A stretch of 32,000 bases of DNA, taken from NCBI RefSeq assembly GCF_001644705.1, contig NZ_CP015137.1, forward strand, positions 2,700,001 through 2,732,000, in the 5' to 3' direction. The notes beneath the pieces are model-generated. The model saw nothing but the letters and a program-made list of their open reading frames with translations, made no database searches and was not told the origin of the DNA. Source of the DNA: Dickeya solani IPO 2222 (GTDB lineage Bacteria > Pseudomonadota > Gammaproteobacteria > Enterobacterales > Enterobacteriaceae). Position 1 is the stretch's first letter; each line of letters opens with the position of its first letter. The position numbers and the translations under genes were made by a program. Positions 31,503-32,000 of the stretch are shown here, in pieces.

Positions 31503-32000
31503 CGCCTGGCACCGCTGTTCTTGGCGTGTGCAATGGTTCATGGCGTTTGTAATGGTCAGTGACGTTTGCAGTTGCCGTGACGTTTGATGTGTCGCCCTGG
31601 TCATAGTACAAGCAACCGGGGCGGCAGACGAACGGCTGTCTCCGCCTGATTGACGAAATTTTATTCTTTATCAGTTAAATTAAAATAATTACCAATCATG
31701 AATATTTAAAATATTAATAATTTTAAAAGGAACTATTCCATATAAAGTATTACCGTAAAAACTTATATTTTGTAAATTAATAATTATTGTGGGAGGTGCT
31801 GATAATTTGTGCAGTTTGCTAAAATTTTTTTTGAGATTCTTCTGATTGTCATTTTAAATTTTTTTTATGTGATATATTATCCGGCACGGAGAGACGTCAA
31901 TAACAAAAACCTAATGGATTATGATTAAAAAGTGTCTAGTAATCAGATAAAGATTTCCTATGGGAATGACTTTTTTGTTATTAAATTGGTGGACTTTTTA

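Overview
This looks like a chromosomal segment from a fairly GC-rich enterobacterium. Gene content and protein sequences look Pectobacteriaceae/Dickeya-like, but that is inference only. All coordinates below were refined by hand from the ORF track, which reports the longest possible ORFs (including GTG/TTG starts) and omits ORFs without a stop in the window.

Left to right the window contains:
- an edge-truncated tam gene, absent from the ORF track;
- two small ORFs with no recognisable family, next to a repeat-dense intergenic region;
- a conserved backbone of prfC, osmY, ytjA, a csbD-like gene and yjjV;
- an EntD-type phosphopantetheinyl transferase plus an SDR oxidoreductase;
- a Tar/Tsr-type chemoreceptor with a FliA-type promoter;
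- an AT-rich accessory patch that begins at a truncated mtnD remnant and carries an orphan FlhE-like exported protein and a stand-alone SpoT/RelA-type HD hydrolase;
- an M20 amidohydrolase;
- a divergent unit of a small exported 4-Cys protein and a FecCD/BtuCDF-type ABC importer, whose shared control region holds two Zur-box-like palindromes and a 17-bp x3 tandem repeat;
- ahpC-ahpF;
- a 2H-phosphoesterase with a Tat signal;
- an XAT-type acetyltransferase;
- an hpx-type purine/urate oxidation cluster (hpxT-hpxQ, hpxR, hpxD-hpxE-hpxO) with a sigma54/NtrC-type promoter;
- a CadA/ZntA-type P-type ATPase with a divergent CadR-type regulator and a textbook MerR operator;
- a LacI-family regulator plus an enolase-superfamily acid-sugar dehydratase;
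- a very AT-rich right edge.

I saw no rRNA, tRNA, CRISPR array, transposase or integrase. The best candidate for something undescribed is the putatively zinc-regulated small-Cys-protein/ABC-importer locus (13124-16432). The orphan FlhE-like/HD-hydrolase patch and the Tat-exported 2H phosphoesterase come next.
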